From the IMG/VR virus record IMGVR_UViG_3300030433_002269, positions 18,715 through 82,714 of that record: a stretch of 64,000 bases of DNA. One strand, 5' to 3'. Position numbers and translations under genes: made by a program. Within the stretch, counting starts at the first letter, position 1, and each line of letters begins with the position of its first letter. Shown here in pieces: positions 12,301-20,652 of the stretch. The notes under the pieces are model-generated. The model made no database searches. It was not told the origin of the DNA and saw nothing but the letters and a program-made list of their open reading frames with translations. The DNA is from a virus (taxonomy: Duplodnaviria > Caudoviricetes).

Positions 12301-15300
12301 TGATTGTGTGGGAGCCGCCCCTGTGGTCTACCAGTCTAATACCATACAGTTGACTGTCACCAATAGCATTCTTTTGAACATCTTCTTCTGGAATGTATCC
12401 GTCAGAAGCAGTCTTTGCTATAGATATGTCATACATTGCTTCGTGAGTTCTGCTGTTATTACCGTAGATGTGGTTGAACCTATCATCCTGTAAGTCCCTA
12501 CCGAATCCCCACTTACCTGCATCTGGTGCCCATCCCGGGAAACCTGCTTGGGTAAATCCACCAAAGTTAATCCTAGCCTTGGCAGTTGTTCCGACCCTAA
12601 GTCCGTCTACAAGCGTAGAGGAAGGACTCTTTGTCTCAAAAGACTCGTCCATGACAGTGTTAGCATTGCGACCACTAGCACCTTCATTAGTAGAGTCACT
12701 GGCAAGGTCAGTTACCGTGTATATTTCAGGTCCAAATTCTAAATTGTTTCTCAACGGCTCATCTACTTCTTCTGGTGGAAGGAACTCCTTTAGCGTAGTA
12801 ATAGGAGCAAATGGCCTACCGAATCTATTGATTGGCATAGGAGCAGGGTGCATGTTTTCACCAGTTACTTCGTCTGGCTGACACCAATAATTACGGAAAC
12901 GGCCACCATGACCAATTAGATATTGAGGTCGGTAAGGAGTCTGTGCCTTGGAATTGTCCAACCATGTACAGAAATTGCGACCTTCTGCACCGGGAATAGT
13001 ACTGTGAATGATGATGGAATAGCCTTTGTTACCGTGAGAATCCAAGACAACTCTACCGATGTGGGCCCTGACATAACCCATGTGGGTACCACGGTCATGG
13101 TTAGCAAAGCCCTGCTTGACATCCCAGAATGGCGCAGGGTCGTGAGTCGAGCCGGTTGCCGAGAAGTCAGCGTGTATGTGACTTGCAGTCGGGTCTTTTC
13201 GTCGGTTAGTGCTATCTGCTTTCACACCAATATGCGTGATGTCGAACCTTTCGCTCTCTCCTAAGTATTGGTCAGCAGGTCTGCGAGCATGACTCCTACC
13301 ATTCTTGGCACCCGCTTGGTTGATTAATCTAACAACTTCATTTGCAGCGGCCTCTATGTCAGTTACGCCCTCTTTGAAACCTACTTCTCCTAAATCAACA
13401 GTCAGTCTTCTGACGAAATCCATCTTGGACCAGTGGTCTAAATGTTGCAATCTGTCTTCTTCGTGGTCTGATAAGTCCAATGCTGATGCACGAATTCCTT
13501 TCAAAGCAAGGAATGCGGGTATAGCACGAGTTCCGTCAGGAGTATCAAAGAATGTTGAGTTTTCACGCTCTCCACTTGTTATCTCTGCGTGCTTATCCTT
13601 AGCAACTTCTCCGTCAACCACGGCCTCATTAGTACGAACCGGACTACCCGGTATACTGGTGCTAACCCGTGGGATATGGTCAGGTAAACCATCTGTTGCA
13701 TTGGCATTCCAATCACTCTTGTGAGCCATTGCACCTTCCATGAATTCGGACTTTTCGATGCTGATTAGATTCTTATTTTGACTAGGGAACCCGGCTGCTA
13801 CATCTAATCCAGTTCCAGAACCAGCAACCGCGTTGTCTACAACTCCACTGGTAGTAGATGGCTCATTTCCTAAAGTAGTAGCCTCAGCACTAGATTGGAC
13901 CTGCATCCATAAGTCTTGGAAGGCAATAAATTCACGGTCATGACCTACATCATAAAGTAAAACACGAGTGAATTCTTCAGTGCTCTGATAAGGGTCGATA
14001 TAAGCCACAACTGGTGCATTGTCAGCATCTAAGCCTAATGCTTCGTAATTTAGTTCGATAGTCTTATTGACATGTTGCACGAAATTCTTTGCAGTTTCAA
14101 GGCAGGTATTACCAATCAAGAAGTTCTCCATCGGGATTGAATCCCTAGGGTTTGCATCCATTATGCCTTCTCCACCGTTGAATGATGTCCATACACTTGC
14201 TTCGTTTAAAACGCCTCTTGATTTACAGAAAAGGCCTTCGATTGCATGTGGGTTAGTATAGTGCATATTCATCCAAACGGTATCGCCGTCACGCAATCCA
14301 CCCGGTGCATAAGGGTAAGACCAAGCCTTGTTTAAGAAGAAATCCTCTCTTACCTTAGGAAAATTAAAACCAGTTGGACTTTCGTGAACATCCCATAGGA
14401 TAATTTCGTCACCTACTGAAGGGTTGAAACTAGCATCTATGTCAAGTAAAGGTAGGATGTTACCATTTTTAGTATCGTAGTGAGCGTATATGTAAGCGTT
14501 AGTGGTGCTATTGTAGTAAGCAACCCTGTAGCGATAATTAGCAGTGCCGCTGATATCATCGGGGAACAAACTAGCATCATCAAGTGTCAAGTTAGGCACT
14601 AAGTATTCTGTAACTTTGGCTCTTGCCCTACCTACTTGGATACGCTCTAAATGCGGATTAGTTGTTGGCCCTGCTCTAAACTCAATAGCACTGACATACT
14701 GCTTGAGCCCATAGTCTACATTACCACCCTGAGTCATGGTGTTAGCACGGTCATAGTAGTAAGGTCGTCGTGATTCTAAACCAGCACTAGGGACTAATGG
14801 GTTGTCAGATATACTTGCATAATCGCTATCTCTGTGACCATGTGCAGGTGTAAGCGATATACCCACCTGTAAGTCTCTAAGGAAGTTTTCAGAAAAGGCG
14901 AAACTATCAGCGTCTGAATCCGAGCCACCTGCGACCTGTAAGTAGTTGTTAGTGGTGTCCCTAGACTCATATATGACCCACTCATCAGTATTGATAAACG
15001 CCCTTCTGTATCTCAGGCTACCGTCGATTTGAGCAACTGTAGAGGCGGTAGTGGTGGGTATTGGGAATATACTTGCATCTTGGACATACACTCTGCGATT
15101 GGTAGCATCATAATTCTGCGTAATCATTGTCCCTGTGCGGTGCTCGTTGATATTGAAACCATAAGAAAACGCACTGTGGACTTCAGGGTCTGCAGGTGCA
15201 ATATCATCTGGCCTGCGACCTACAGGGTTAGGAGCCCAAGTATGAGCAGTATGGGTCGCATCTATGTGCAACTTCATACTGTTATCAGGCCCGGGGAAGA

Positions 15301-18300
15301 TACCTAACTCGGGCTTGTCAAAGAAGAACTCTTCAAACAGCGGTATCTCTACCATTGCACGAGTGCTTGCATATTGGGTGCCCAATTGATAATCATGAGT
15401 AACCGTATCTAGTGTTTGGAATAGACGGTCATTGATGGTCGTACCATCGTTACAGATGGCTTCTTCTGAAAACTTATCGTCAACATGTAGGTTACTACCT
15501 TTAATCAAACCTACTCCACTGGTCCAATCAGCCAAAGATGCTACTTCTCTACCACTAGGTAAGATGTATTTCCCAGACCCGATTGAGCCAGCAGAGAAGG
15601 TAAATGTATCACCATCTTTAGAATCATATTCCGCAGAAGCAAATCTAGTCTGCTCACTACTATTGTCCTTAGGTAATGCGAAGTAAACCTTACCCTCTTT
15701 GGGGAAGCAATATGTGCCCCAAGATTGAAGGTCAGTTGACTTGTTATTCAATGGGGCTACAGTAATGGTAGTGGTGTTGAAAGCAGTTACACGAGTAGCA
15801 CAATCTCTACGAGTGCTCCAACCTAAACGGGCAGTAGGGCTCGGGTCCCAAGTTTCCTTAGTATTGATTGCACCTTGTCCCGGACCACCAAGGGTCATAG
15901 TGACTACAGGTGCACCGGGCATGATTTCCTTGACTATGTGAGAATCGGGTGCCCCATCACCCTTGACATTGATATTAGAAGAGCCAAGGTCGCTAAGAAG
16001 GCCATGTGCTCTCATCATAGAGCGACCTTGTGCATCTTCAGAAAAGGAAAGAACCCTAGCCCTACTAACAAGGTTCTTAATGGATACTGTGTTTGTTTGA
16101 GAAGCAAATAGATTTAACTTAGAAAGTTGGCTGAATCTTCTTCTGTCAGAAGGCTGAACGATTAGCCTAACGATATCGTTCGGTAGATTCTTCTGGTCAA
16201 TAATATCAAACACTTCGTTAACCGTAGTGCTTTGATTGACAGTACCCAAGGAAGTTCTGACAGGAGTAGGGAATAACTCTTCGTTGTCTAAGGTATCTTC
16301 GGTACTACCAGAGCCGATAGTAATAGATGTAATAGTGACACCAGTAATAGTCCCTAATTTCTTACCATTCATTCTATAGAGTGACTGACCGACAACAAAT
16401 TTTGTAGTTGCATCCGTCCCATCTACTGTAAATGTAAGTGTCCCTGCTGGGAAATTACCGTTAACTAATACTCCAGTTCTAGGCCTGATATCTTGCACAG
16501 GCCTTTGTTTGATGAAGTTACCTTGGTCGACTAGATTTTGTTGGTCGGAGTTGGTGCGAGATAAAACTAATCTGTTAAACACAGACTCGTGGTCCACTAA
16601 GTCCTCTCGGGCTAATGGAATTGGGCTATTGATTTGCTGAGGCTTATCACTAGAGTGAACTGGAAGATAATTAGCCGGAGCAAATTCGGATACTTGGTAA
16701 TCAATTTCATAGGAATTACCTTCAGTGTCATCTCCATTAAGGTCGCCATCCTTAAACGGGAATATGGTCGGTTTCTTAAGTTCAATAATACCACCGGGTG
16801 CGTGAACATTGAGAGCCCCACTGTCTATATCTGTATGAATCAAATCGATAATTCTAGTAGAGCCCGCTACAACTTTACTTACATCCGGTATGGTCTTCTC
16901 TACCAACAGTAAGTTGTTATTAGTATTAGCATGGACTAATACATCTGCAGTAGCCGCCTCTGTTTGGAAAGCCGATGTTGTTGCGCTACTAAATGTAATC
17001 GTGTTAGTAGCATAGGCTATAGTTGCAGTAATCGAATGGCTTCCGCCTAACTCACCGTTAATTGATATCTCGTCAGCCCTAAGCACGGTGCCATCTGCAC
17101 CGAATGCCTTCACGCTATTGAGTGTTAATACAGTGCCTCCTCCAGAAATACCTGTAGTGAGTCTGGCTGTAGCCTTGTGCTTAGTTACTTTAGCAAGTGG
17201 GTCAATTGCATTATAGTGAACTTGTATGAAAGGAGCATAGTTGTAAGTAGCGAGGCTTGGCACTTCTAGTATCGCAATTCTACTTTCTTTAGAAGGAATG
17301 GTGTATTTCCTATCTAGTTTGTTTTTACCTATCAAGCCATCAATCGCTTTAAGTGAAAATAGTTCCAAGTTCAAATCCGAAGAGCCGATTGCTAGTAGCC
17401 CTCTTTTATCATCATCGATACCAGTCATTCCATTTTCTACAATAGTGGTAATTTTATCACTAGAAGTTACAGAGTGTATGTGAATAGGACCGTGAGAACT
17501 ATAGGTAGATATTACAGAGTCAGCGGGCACTTGTGCCTTTATGTTAGAATGCTGCTCTGGGAAAACTGCAACTACTACATCAGAGGTAGCATCGAGTTGC
17601 TGCTCTACTTCTAACTGCTGAGGTTCCGGTAAAGTGCCCATGAAGGGGTGGCTTTTGACATGGTTTAGAGTGTGCCTACCTGTGTGCCCAATCAAGAAAT
17701 TTTGACCCATATTACTAGTAGCAGAATACTTATTGTAATCGTCTAATACAACAGCCATACTCATAGAGAACATCAGGCCATGATTTTCGTATACACTCTC
17801 ATCAATAATTACCTGACCTTGTCTGTGAGAAAACTGCGTGCCTGTGCCTGCGGACTGATAAGGTGTACCAGAGCCACCATCGACCAGTGCATCGCCGGTA
17901 ACAAATACTGCTGTAGAAGGAGAGTGACTCATCAAGATTCCACGACGACCGTTAGTAGGACTTCCTCCAAAGTCGATGTGTATAGATTCCACTGTGATGG
18001 TACCTGCGCTAGCATCTACAGCCATCAGTCTAACTCGCTCAGGAGATTCGTTGTTGGGCTTTCCTGTAACGCTATCATAACCTAGTGGATTGATTAGCAT
18101 ATTGTAAGGGACCTGAGGAATGTTAACTGTAGTTTTAGAGCCTGAAGTAATCTTGTCTACTTTGTATTGACCTACACTGTAAGGACTTTCTGTGAAATTC
18201 ATCGCTGTAAGTCCACTTCTACCACTAAGTTGGTCTACTATTGATTGGGCAACTGTAGTACCTACCGATATAACCGATGCAGATGTGCTAGCAGTAAGAG

Positions 18301-19048
18301 CAGGTAAATCAAGTGTCAATGTAAGAGGAGTAACAGGCTCTTCAAATCTCCAAAAACCAAGAGTATTTTCTGTCTTTACAGGACCATAAGGTGCAGAAGC
18401 AGATTGCTTTTCACCTACCGACCAATGTATGGCCTCCATCGTACCTCTATACTCTCCACCTCTTCCACCGAGGAAAATACGAGAGCCGACTAACAGTAAT
18501 TCTTGCTCTTCGTCAAACTCGTGAGAAGAAACAACATCACCATTTATCAAGAGGGCTAAACGGTTACGGTTGAAAGTCACCACTACATTGAGTAGTTCTC
18601 TGTGACCATCATTAAGTGCAGTAATATCATTACTATTGCCGTCTTTTGCCAAGTAAGAATTGTGTATATCAAGCCCTGCTCTTGGGAAAAGTATGCCATC
18701 CCAATAAGCCACATCGCCATTAGGGTCATAGACAGGTTGGGCGCTGGATATGTTGTAGACATTCGCTACACCAGAGCCCTTTTTCTGAAGTCGGCACTCA
18801 AATGTAGCAGGGGCTGGACTAGAAGGCGAGCCGACACTCAACCGGAACAAGTTCTCGTATTCTATGACTACTCCGCCAGCATCTGGAATAATCCAACTTT
18901 CTATTGTAAATGAATTAAGTGACCTTGGAAGTTTACTACGGTTGCTCCCTTCCTCCGATTGCAGAGATACCCTTGTAGGGGGCACTAGCACAGAGTCGCT
19001 GATTCCGTTAAATTTCAGTGCATATCCCGGGTCAACCATTAATGTCAT
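3365..19048 (-). CDS. Giant virion protein (5227 aa) with N-terminal LamG/ConA-like domain; putative adhesin or tail-associated protein
   Basis: Uninterrupted 15.7-kb ORF; N-terminal FTIESWI..LNVVVTFNRNRLALLINGD..YRGTMEAIHWS..LGFWRFEE is LamG-like; repeated V.D.S.FP..G modules. Confidence 0.75.
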   Translation of the reverse strand: MTLMVDPGYALKFNGISDSVLVPPTRVSLQSEEGSNRSKLPRSLNSFTIESWIIPDAGGVVIEYENLFRLSVGSPSSPAPATFECRLQKKGSGVANVYNISSAQPVYDPNGDVAYWDGILFPRAGLDIHNSYLAKDGNSNDITALNDGHRELLNVVVTFNRNRLALLINGDVVSSHEFDEEQELLLVGSRIFLGGRGGEYRGTMEAIHWSVGEKQSASAPYGPVKTENTLGFWRFEEPVTPLTLTLDLPALTASTSASVISVGTTVAQSIVDQLSGRSGLTAMNFTESPYSVGQYKVDKITSGSKTTVNIPQVPYNMLINPLGYDSVTGKPNNESPERVRLMAVDASAGTITVESIHIDFGGSPTNGRRGILMSHSPSTAVFVTGDALVDGGSGTPYQSAGTGTQFSHRQGQVIIDESVYENHGLMFSMSMAVVLDDYNKYSATSNMGQNFLIGHTGRHTLNHVKSHPFMGTLPEPQQLEVEQQLDATSDVVVAVFPEQHSNIKAQVPADSVISTYSSHGPIHIHSVTSSDKITTIVENGMTGIDDDKRGLLAIGSSDLNLELFSLKAIDGLIGKNKLDRKYTIPSKESRIAILEVPSLATYNYAPFIQVHYNAIDPLAKVTKHKATARLTTGISGGGTVLTLNSVKAFGADGTVLRADEISINGELGGSHSITATIAYATNTITFSSATTSAFQTEAATADVLVHANTNNNLLLVEKTIPDVSKVVAGSTRIIDLIHTDIDSGALNVHAPGGIIELKKPTIFPFKDGDLNGDDTEGNSYEIDYQVSEFAPANYLPVHSSDKPQQINSPIPLAREDLVDHESVFNRLVLSRTNSDQQNLVDQGNFIKQRPVQDIRPRTGVLVNGNFPAGTLTFTVDGTDATTKFVVGQSLYRMNGKKLGTITGVTITSITIGSGSTEDTLDNEELFPTPVRTSLGTVNQSTTVNEVFDIIDQKNLPNDIVRLIVQPSDRRRFSQLSKLNLFASQTNTVSIKNLVSRARVLSFSEDAQGRSMMRAHGLLSDLGSSNINVKGDGAPDSHIVKEIMPGAPVVTMTLGGPGQGAINTKETWDPSPTARLGWSTRRDCATRVTAFNTTTITVAPLNNKSTDLQSWGTYCFPKEGKVYFALPKDNSSEQTRFASAEYDSKDGDTFTFSAGSIGSGKYILPSGREVASLADWTSGVGLIKGSNLHVDDKFSEEAICNDGTTINDRLFQTLDTVTHDYQLGTQYASTRAMVEIPLFEEFFFDKPELGIFPGPDNSMKLHIDATHTAHTWAPNPVGRRPDDIAPADPEVHSAFSYGFNINEHRTGTMITQNYDATNRRVYVQDASIFPIPTTTASTVAQIDGSLRYRRAFINTDEWVIYESRDTTNNYLQVAGGSDSDADSFAFSENFLRDLQVGISLTPAHGHRDSDYASISDNPLVPSAGLESRRPYYYDRANTMTQGGNVDYGLKQYVSAIEFRAGPTTNPHLERIQVGRARAKVTEYLVPNLTLDDASLFPDDISGTANYRYRVAYYNSTTNAYIYAHYDTKNGNILPLLDIDASFNPSVGDEIILWDVHESPTGFNFPKVREDFFLNKAWSYPYAPGGLRDGDTVWMNMHYTNPHAIEGLFCKSRGVLNEASVWTSFNGGEGIMDANPRDSIPMENFLIGNTCLETAKNFVQHVNKTIELNYEALGLDADNAPVVAYIDPYQSTEEFTRVLLYDVGHDREFIAFQDLWMQVQSSAEATTLGNEPSTTSGVVDNAVAGSGTGLDVAAGFPSQNKNLISIEKSEFMEGAMAHKSDWNANATDGLPDHIPRVSTSIPGSPVRTNEAVVDGEVAKDKHAEITSGERENSTFFDTPDGTRAIPAFLALKGIRASALDLSDHEEDRLQHLDHWSKMDFVRRLTVDLGEVGFKEGVTDIEAAANEVVRLINQAGAKNGRSHARRPADQYLGESERFDITHIGVKADSTNRRKDPTASHIHADFSATGSTHDPAPFWDVKQGFANHDRGTHMGYVRAHIGRVVLDSHGNKGYSIIIHSTIPGAEGRNFCTWLDNSKAQTPYRPQYLIGHGGRFRNYWCQPDEVTGENMHPAPMPINRFGRPFAPITTLKEFLPPEEVDEPLRNNLEFGPEIYTVTDLASDSTNEGASGRNANTVMDESFETKSPSSTLVDGLRVGTTAKARINFGGFTQAGFPGWAPDAGKWGFGRDLQDDRFNHIYGNNSRTHEAMYDISIAKTASDGYIPEEDVQKNAIGDSQLYGIRLVDHRGGSHTIRMVYRQYGYPFANDLTTLPPTIDNEIVIHFDDRDVSQGGFTIGQHMVGEGEVCGELTGGTASPFKGNLWNNYPSPAAGLHCAATSSGAGSSRKLTVVFSSAPYDTASTSLSHPDMLGYLGFPDSGMIQLSTASGLQGMTFHYTSRTHNDNTGVHEFYGVKGVGTLPASPHYISARINFTTLLTDEVIAAAVEHAINMEDPNSNDVRTTSLDVSHLWAPDGRTLGDWGLSDTAIRIRAHSDKHRVLPLRHLFEVSCAPDWGLQDGASTDTVGTDHLGGLTEAEIDSDTRLDVGYIPKTVLHINTKYRGANANTATPVLVDTNNNVVDVTKWQRNLRGEDYTKFVGDHIIPMVNNPMIQIDNSSASTNHNYMNLITGTNLFLICTPASANSNSWGNKFTMYVDDTEWGVVRSDNTHTTPETRLKYDEVEISANFETKLRPGGSSGPDPVFCQYGDHLHAIQVEGVRRAGSKKSSPFLYFRGGRDSPDHWVPLYFGGGFSGVTIDINDGTQNDYTEFYTHPYSSGPTGSAGLQNVGEIAGAYALLDANAMLAMFPGTPYLDQHRGQNNPPFFNQDSLLPYDMDTGNSQSAPHTGISYSGTICTRPSPIVLRFAHPHARYSAAGEKNDQTVFMIYGPGQSFPHNTATFEPQAMDSIVIGNGYSAVPIDSPFGDSYLPNQITQGGPDRSGAQEFLPPTADYLIGNVRGYNLLMNWEPTKGFPNYTSTTGIGYCNLDIEALYYNTSLVVTPPLIYPKYAHPMDYVITDYTGASLGSKTRTCSMVWQMDGGYHPGGHFLDNHYTRNPKHPISTNRLASGSGAQPNVTMFRAGGQLATGYLASFTTEEDMTGNENVILVDATRCQNAEELGAVVAAAINTFPGKDPLKAIGGTFLPSMQNAHKQDRYGWVQLEVDSFIPEVPSTSAAIINTFSAIPTTLPDYGWLRFTSATGQAGYASYVGFSGSSFTLGSNPQSPNSDPVEPDTAAPFMPLPGDFVYVWTKAGTHRYNNNPTDTSRDHMCQVHFNGLTDAVDRTKPIGALGWHGEAYSYMNSYQVLNPSLTGDVYPAGKGAWHPLLGFSPYGSAETCVGAPPPVGANDTPTALAGDHCVTGLSSRHLIAVTHESELPLIAKADRDGILCAGDWLELKATSTLANAGTVAWDTDKIHNKDRYVGPATAGPRVEAQIAPSTSIPSTDSDYPVVGGPATWWHAHVRPGHPSLQADSCLSPTGDLFWDEKVVPGSVFHEDFSTKGVKCEGVTNQDYYMDTTNGIYAFYKDKAAARNFSAEHVVWKRMDGGSLTMPGPSARGLGLMPWVKRKDGSEYKLVGEKILGNVRFSFETTNGAMFPIIQAQELSHPQIAEQHPFEVRNALAIPNEEMQFQSLLVTDDTGQEHRLEGGSPLGTVIYDFRHVSDRDVEGLAPALAGTGVSPNMKIRLPNPDEIPGNIIVRPGFDRIQAYQNETIGSGGLHHPSQGSLGIREMFDNEGAGPRLWPTWEINGWEHLSQDVKDTNVLTSAGLATGRSRISFPDSTNEGWSKHTNNNPLNTSYEPHDRSLYFHVTRMGISMTHRDDVDELDFDTNGADTITALTAPTPSVWEDASEKSGGRWFLRVYDPTTDKGVIASYESVSGNDFIDVVFAPDFAEFVKGKSGLKIVPSYYMPAGSTRFFAARRLRDHSEYSGASPDMKVIDYENLNAIKPYEDMIEPIMTPMPIPRMGHHYVTPTMALLPGHYAHPAYQRLYDLNQACRSSTVATLESGYDSTNILDKVPGRDPLIWFSGITAAFGPSDIHGGAFTLLTETKVKYEGYGIAASVGPGGTTNSQGGHALVMEAAAAYTLKDHFPDPMEVGAYQIVIQPNLFAQQLKGFHQNHSDATKAPSESGTKVTELTGQQVNTVVAIEHDTSATNGAFALILAEATMADVRGCEVIINEVILDMEPDAGSQFTNIPSLGLYNPLGVQETSSPSLTRRSLPYRPGMFISATPGYTSTIPWWGILHREGVNASGADKFKHLEWHKPDNYYEFCRASYGSVGAQLTLAGYPTTYLDIYEEHKRLRSLNPSCTVIGVDSAAHVIIVDNNDLFPVEPYYGEVLEYFNNGRRYTSGYNNRTGTNTYATLGHSTTFEGVTAAPSNKFWDFLVPGTVLRLSGPFDNRETGAVFTNSEVSAITRLLPQTMHGSRDTNSLHTPDAYLCLWHHNLGRPFTWYSDDSSRAFYDKTGGPDSPVTKKGFNSIPEHFETIHYHDFYYSASKGPFGLKMKWLSPPGSAGLSDDGTVYTATAIDADANLSHQGGTDESSNKFNFGGMWPSGSHGGGAVSRLETYGDSLIGWSGQTFDMDCIGYHDNTGIETRTYTQMTSSSDYARNYCFGYRFALRQAYNRPRWGPFVRGWDELPDANALLGYYHGPFVQQDGKTNGWDYVGVTGGILDKDFPTTYVGILERLTQVTALLNQDQLGRQVRYSDGRRHTAPFGCAVRTIRNASTVRRLYPGDASGKGISDLAEAHRYYMVDWWGNTRGEDVRRFPVRGFGIRPSWDPEDAYKDTWSTHRPSNTKLFGGDGTDAYQGNDNTDNNNGVNMSKVDWFNPPSALRVGDRGDGRGVRWPTVFNESMLMDVSEVVDATGLVLSHSTAQPNFGTGYVRPSNEKLQAGEVEKGISSRLDVESDDGLLKPEVMVGESIESKSGEFAGGQLAEPVGRDGMRIGLDVDTLGELNDGVHREYITMSTQAYSLHTDKEVGQRTNIRGAHDGGDRTLKDLDLTNQDFSAQPKSGVVKLSNAHAYWSLGGTYVMTWQQYAGSLSDEGWGKAGASSSSNPYQDSNHDSTKQKTNEKDSTIEFLFRPAQILDNSHAVLFRHPPATDYGPQSGSNYYRATSGGKYGLFLSDAPNARTGTPSAPPYAPVFDIDPAGSLTVPDSQGPKIPGVDVTGYDKKDITNPVARVVMSENTLEHFRADANRKSVDDDEGDYSVEPRYSQTLHPKGSKGDASYNTGDHSGE

Positions 19049-19053
19049 GTTTA

Positions 19054-20643
19054 TCAGACTCCTATCACGAAATCGCTAGCGATTAATTTCATATCAAAGT
19101 TGTAATGCTTGTTACCAGCATCATACCTTGCGTGGAATGTGACAGGTAAAATTCGCATACCACCCGGGTTACTAACCGGGGTGCGGTCGAGGGTAGCCAT
19201 TAATGTGTCTGTTGCAGAGCGCAAAAAGTCATAAAAGTCTCTAACGAATTCTTCAGTAGCCCCTAATAAATCCTCAATATCTTCATCAGGGTCACTTTCG
19301 TTACCGACCCCACCATAACCCTTACCCAAACTAACCATTTTATCAGAAGCAGGTAGCAAGTTGCCTTCTGATGTCTTAGACGCTGGCGTAACATTACCCG
19401 CTGTTAAGAAAAAGTTCCTCGCAACTGGAGTAACATTATCACTAGTAATTAGGCTATCATAAGGTATCTGGATGCCTCTAATTTGGTCCTCGAATTCATC
19501 AGCATTAGCAAATATACCGATTAAATCTTGAACTTTATCACCAGCGCTTTTAGAAGTATTAGAGTTTGCAGGTGGACCTTGGTTACTCTGATAATCGAGG
19601 CGCTGTCTTAACTGCGATTCTGAAGAAGTGGTTACACCACTTAGAGGTGTAGGAGGCTGATACTTCTGTTTAACAATTAAGATGGAGTCAACTACTGTCA
19701 CATCGAATGCATCAGCCAAAGTTCTACCACCGTTAGGGTGAATCTTACCGTTAGTTATGACATTAGTAGCAAGCGTAAGTGCATCCTTAACTACAAGTGC
19801 TAGTGTTTTAGCAGGGTCGCCATTAGTAGAAAATAACCAAATCCCTCCTATGGGTACATTTACCTTGATGGCACTGTTTACATCGGCACTATCATATGGT
19901 GAAACAAGACTAGGGCCATAAGTAGCAGTAGTCAGAGTCGTGCGATTAGAATCATGTTCTTCATCAAATTCTAATACTACAGTGCCAACTAATCCAGTTG
20001 GAGTATTATTTGTATCCCTCCAATAATTGGGATAAAATGACAGTTGCTTTTCGTGTATTACGAAAGAATCTGGGTTGATAGGGCTCCAACTATAGTTATA
20101 TGCTGTTATGTAGACCCTTTCACCCTGTGCTATATCTACAGGGCTACCGGCAATAATTTCGAAGTTTGTTATAGTATTTACACCACCTGATGAAGATACT
20201 GAGTATCCTATAATTATACCTACAAATTCACTATTTAGGGTATGTATTTTTCCACCAATGAAATGACTCACTGAATCAGTTTCAAAGTTATAGACATTTA
20301 TTATAGTGTCACCAACTGTAACTGCATTAACCCTGTGTTTCGGCGCTTCTTTATTACTGGCATAGTTACCTCTAGGATGGATACCAGCGAAGTTAAACAC
20401 TTCTGCATCACTTATGTCCGAAATCGACAGCGTAGATTCAGATGTTATTGGCAAATCGTCATCGACTAAAACGCCATTAATCTCTATTTCAATCTGGGGC
20501 AAGTTCATATCAATTGCCACTCTATCACCGGGGCCCGGGACAGGGAATGCACTGAGTTGCCTTTGCACACTAATGTCCATGGACTCAGCCACTAAAGGTA
20601 TCACTGTTCGGTCTCCAGAAATAACTCTAATTGGAATAGCCAC
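19054..20643 (-). CDS. Tail protein, paralog A (529 aa)
   Basis: GTG start with SD GAGGTGA; shares N- and C-terminal blocks with 20653-23058. Confidence 0.6.
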   Translation of the reverse strand: MAIPIRVISGDRTVIPLVAESMDISVQRQLSAFPVPGPGDRVAIDMNLPQIEIEINGVLVDDDLPITSESTLSISDISDAEVFNFAGIHPRGNYASNKEAPKHRVNAVTVGDTIINVYNFETDSVSHFIGGKIHTLNSEFVGIIIGYSVSSSGGVNTITNFEIIAGSPVDIAQGERVYITAYNYSWSPINPDSFVIHEKQLSFYPNYWRDTNNTPTGLVGTVVLEFDEEHDSNRTTLTTATYGPSLVSPYDSADVNSAIKVNVPIGGIWLFSTNGDPAKTLALVVKDALTLATNVITNGKIHPNGGRTLADAFDVTVVDSILIVKQKYQPPTPLSGVTTSSESQLRQRLDYQSNQGPPANSNTSKSAGDKVQDLIGIFANADEFEDQIRGIQIPYDSLITSDNVTPVARNFFLTAGNVTPASKTSEGNLLPASDKMVSLGKGYGGVGNESDPDEDIEDLLGATEEFVRDFYDFLRSATDTLMATLDRTPVSNPGGMRILPVTFHARYDAGNKHYNFDMKLIASDFVIGV

Positions 20644-20652
20644 GATATCACC

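Noticed and set aside
3516-19079. Many 60-140 aa ORFs antisense to or nested in the giant gene
   Set aside because: No SD/TATA signals or motifs; expected shadows of a long coding strand.
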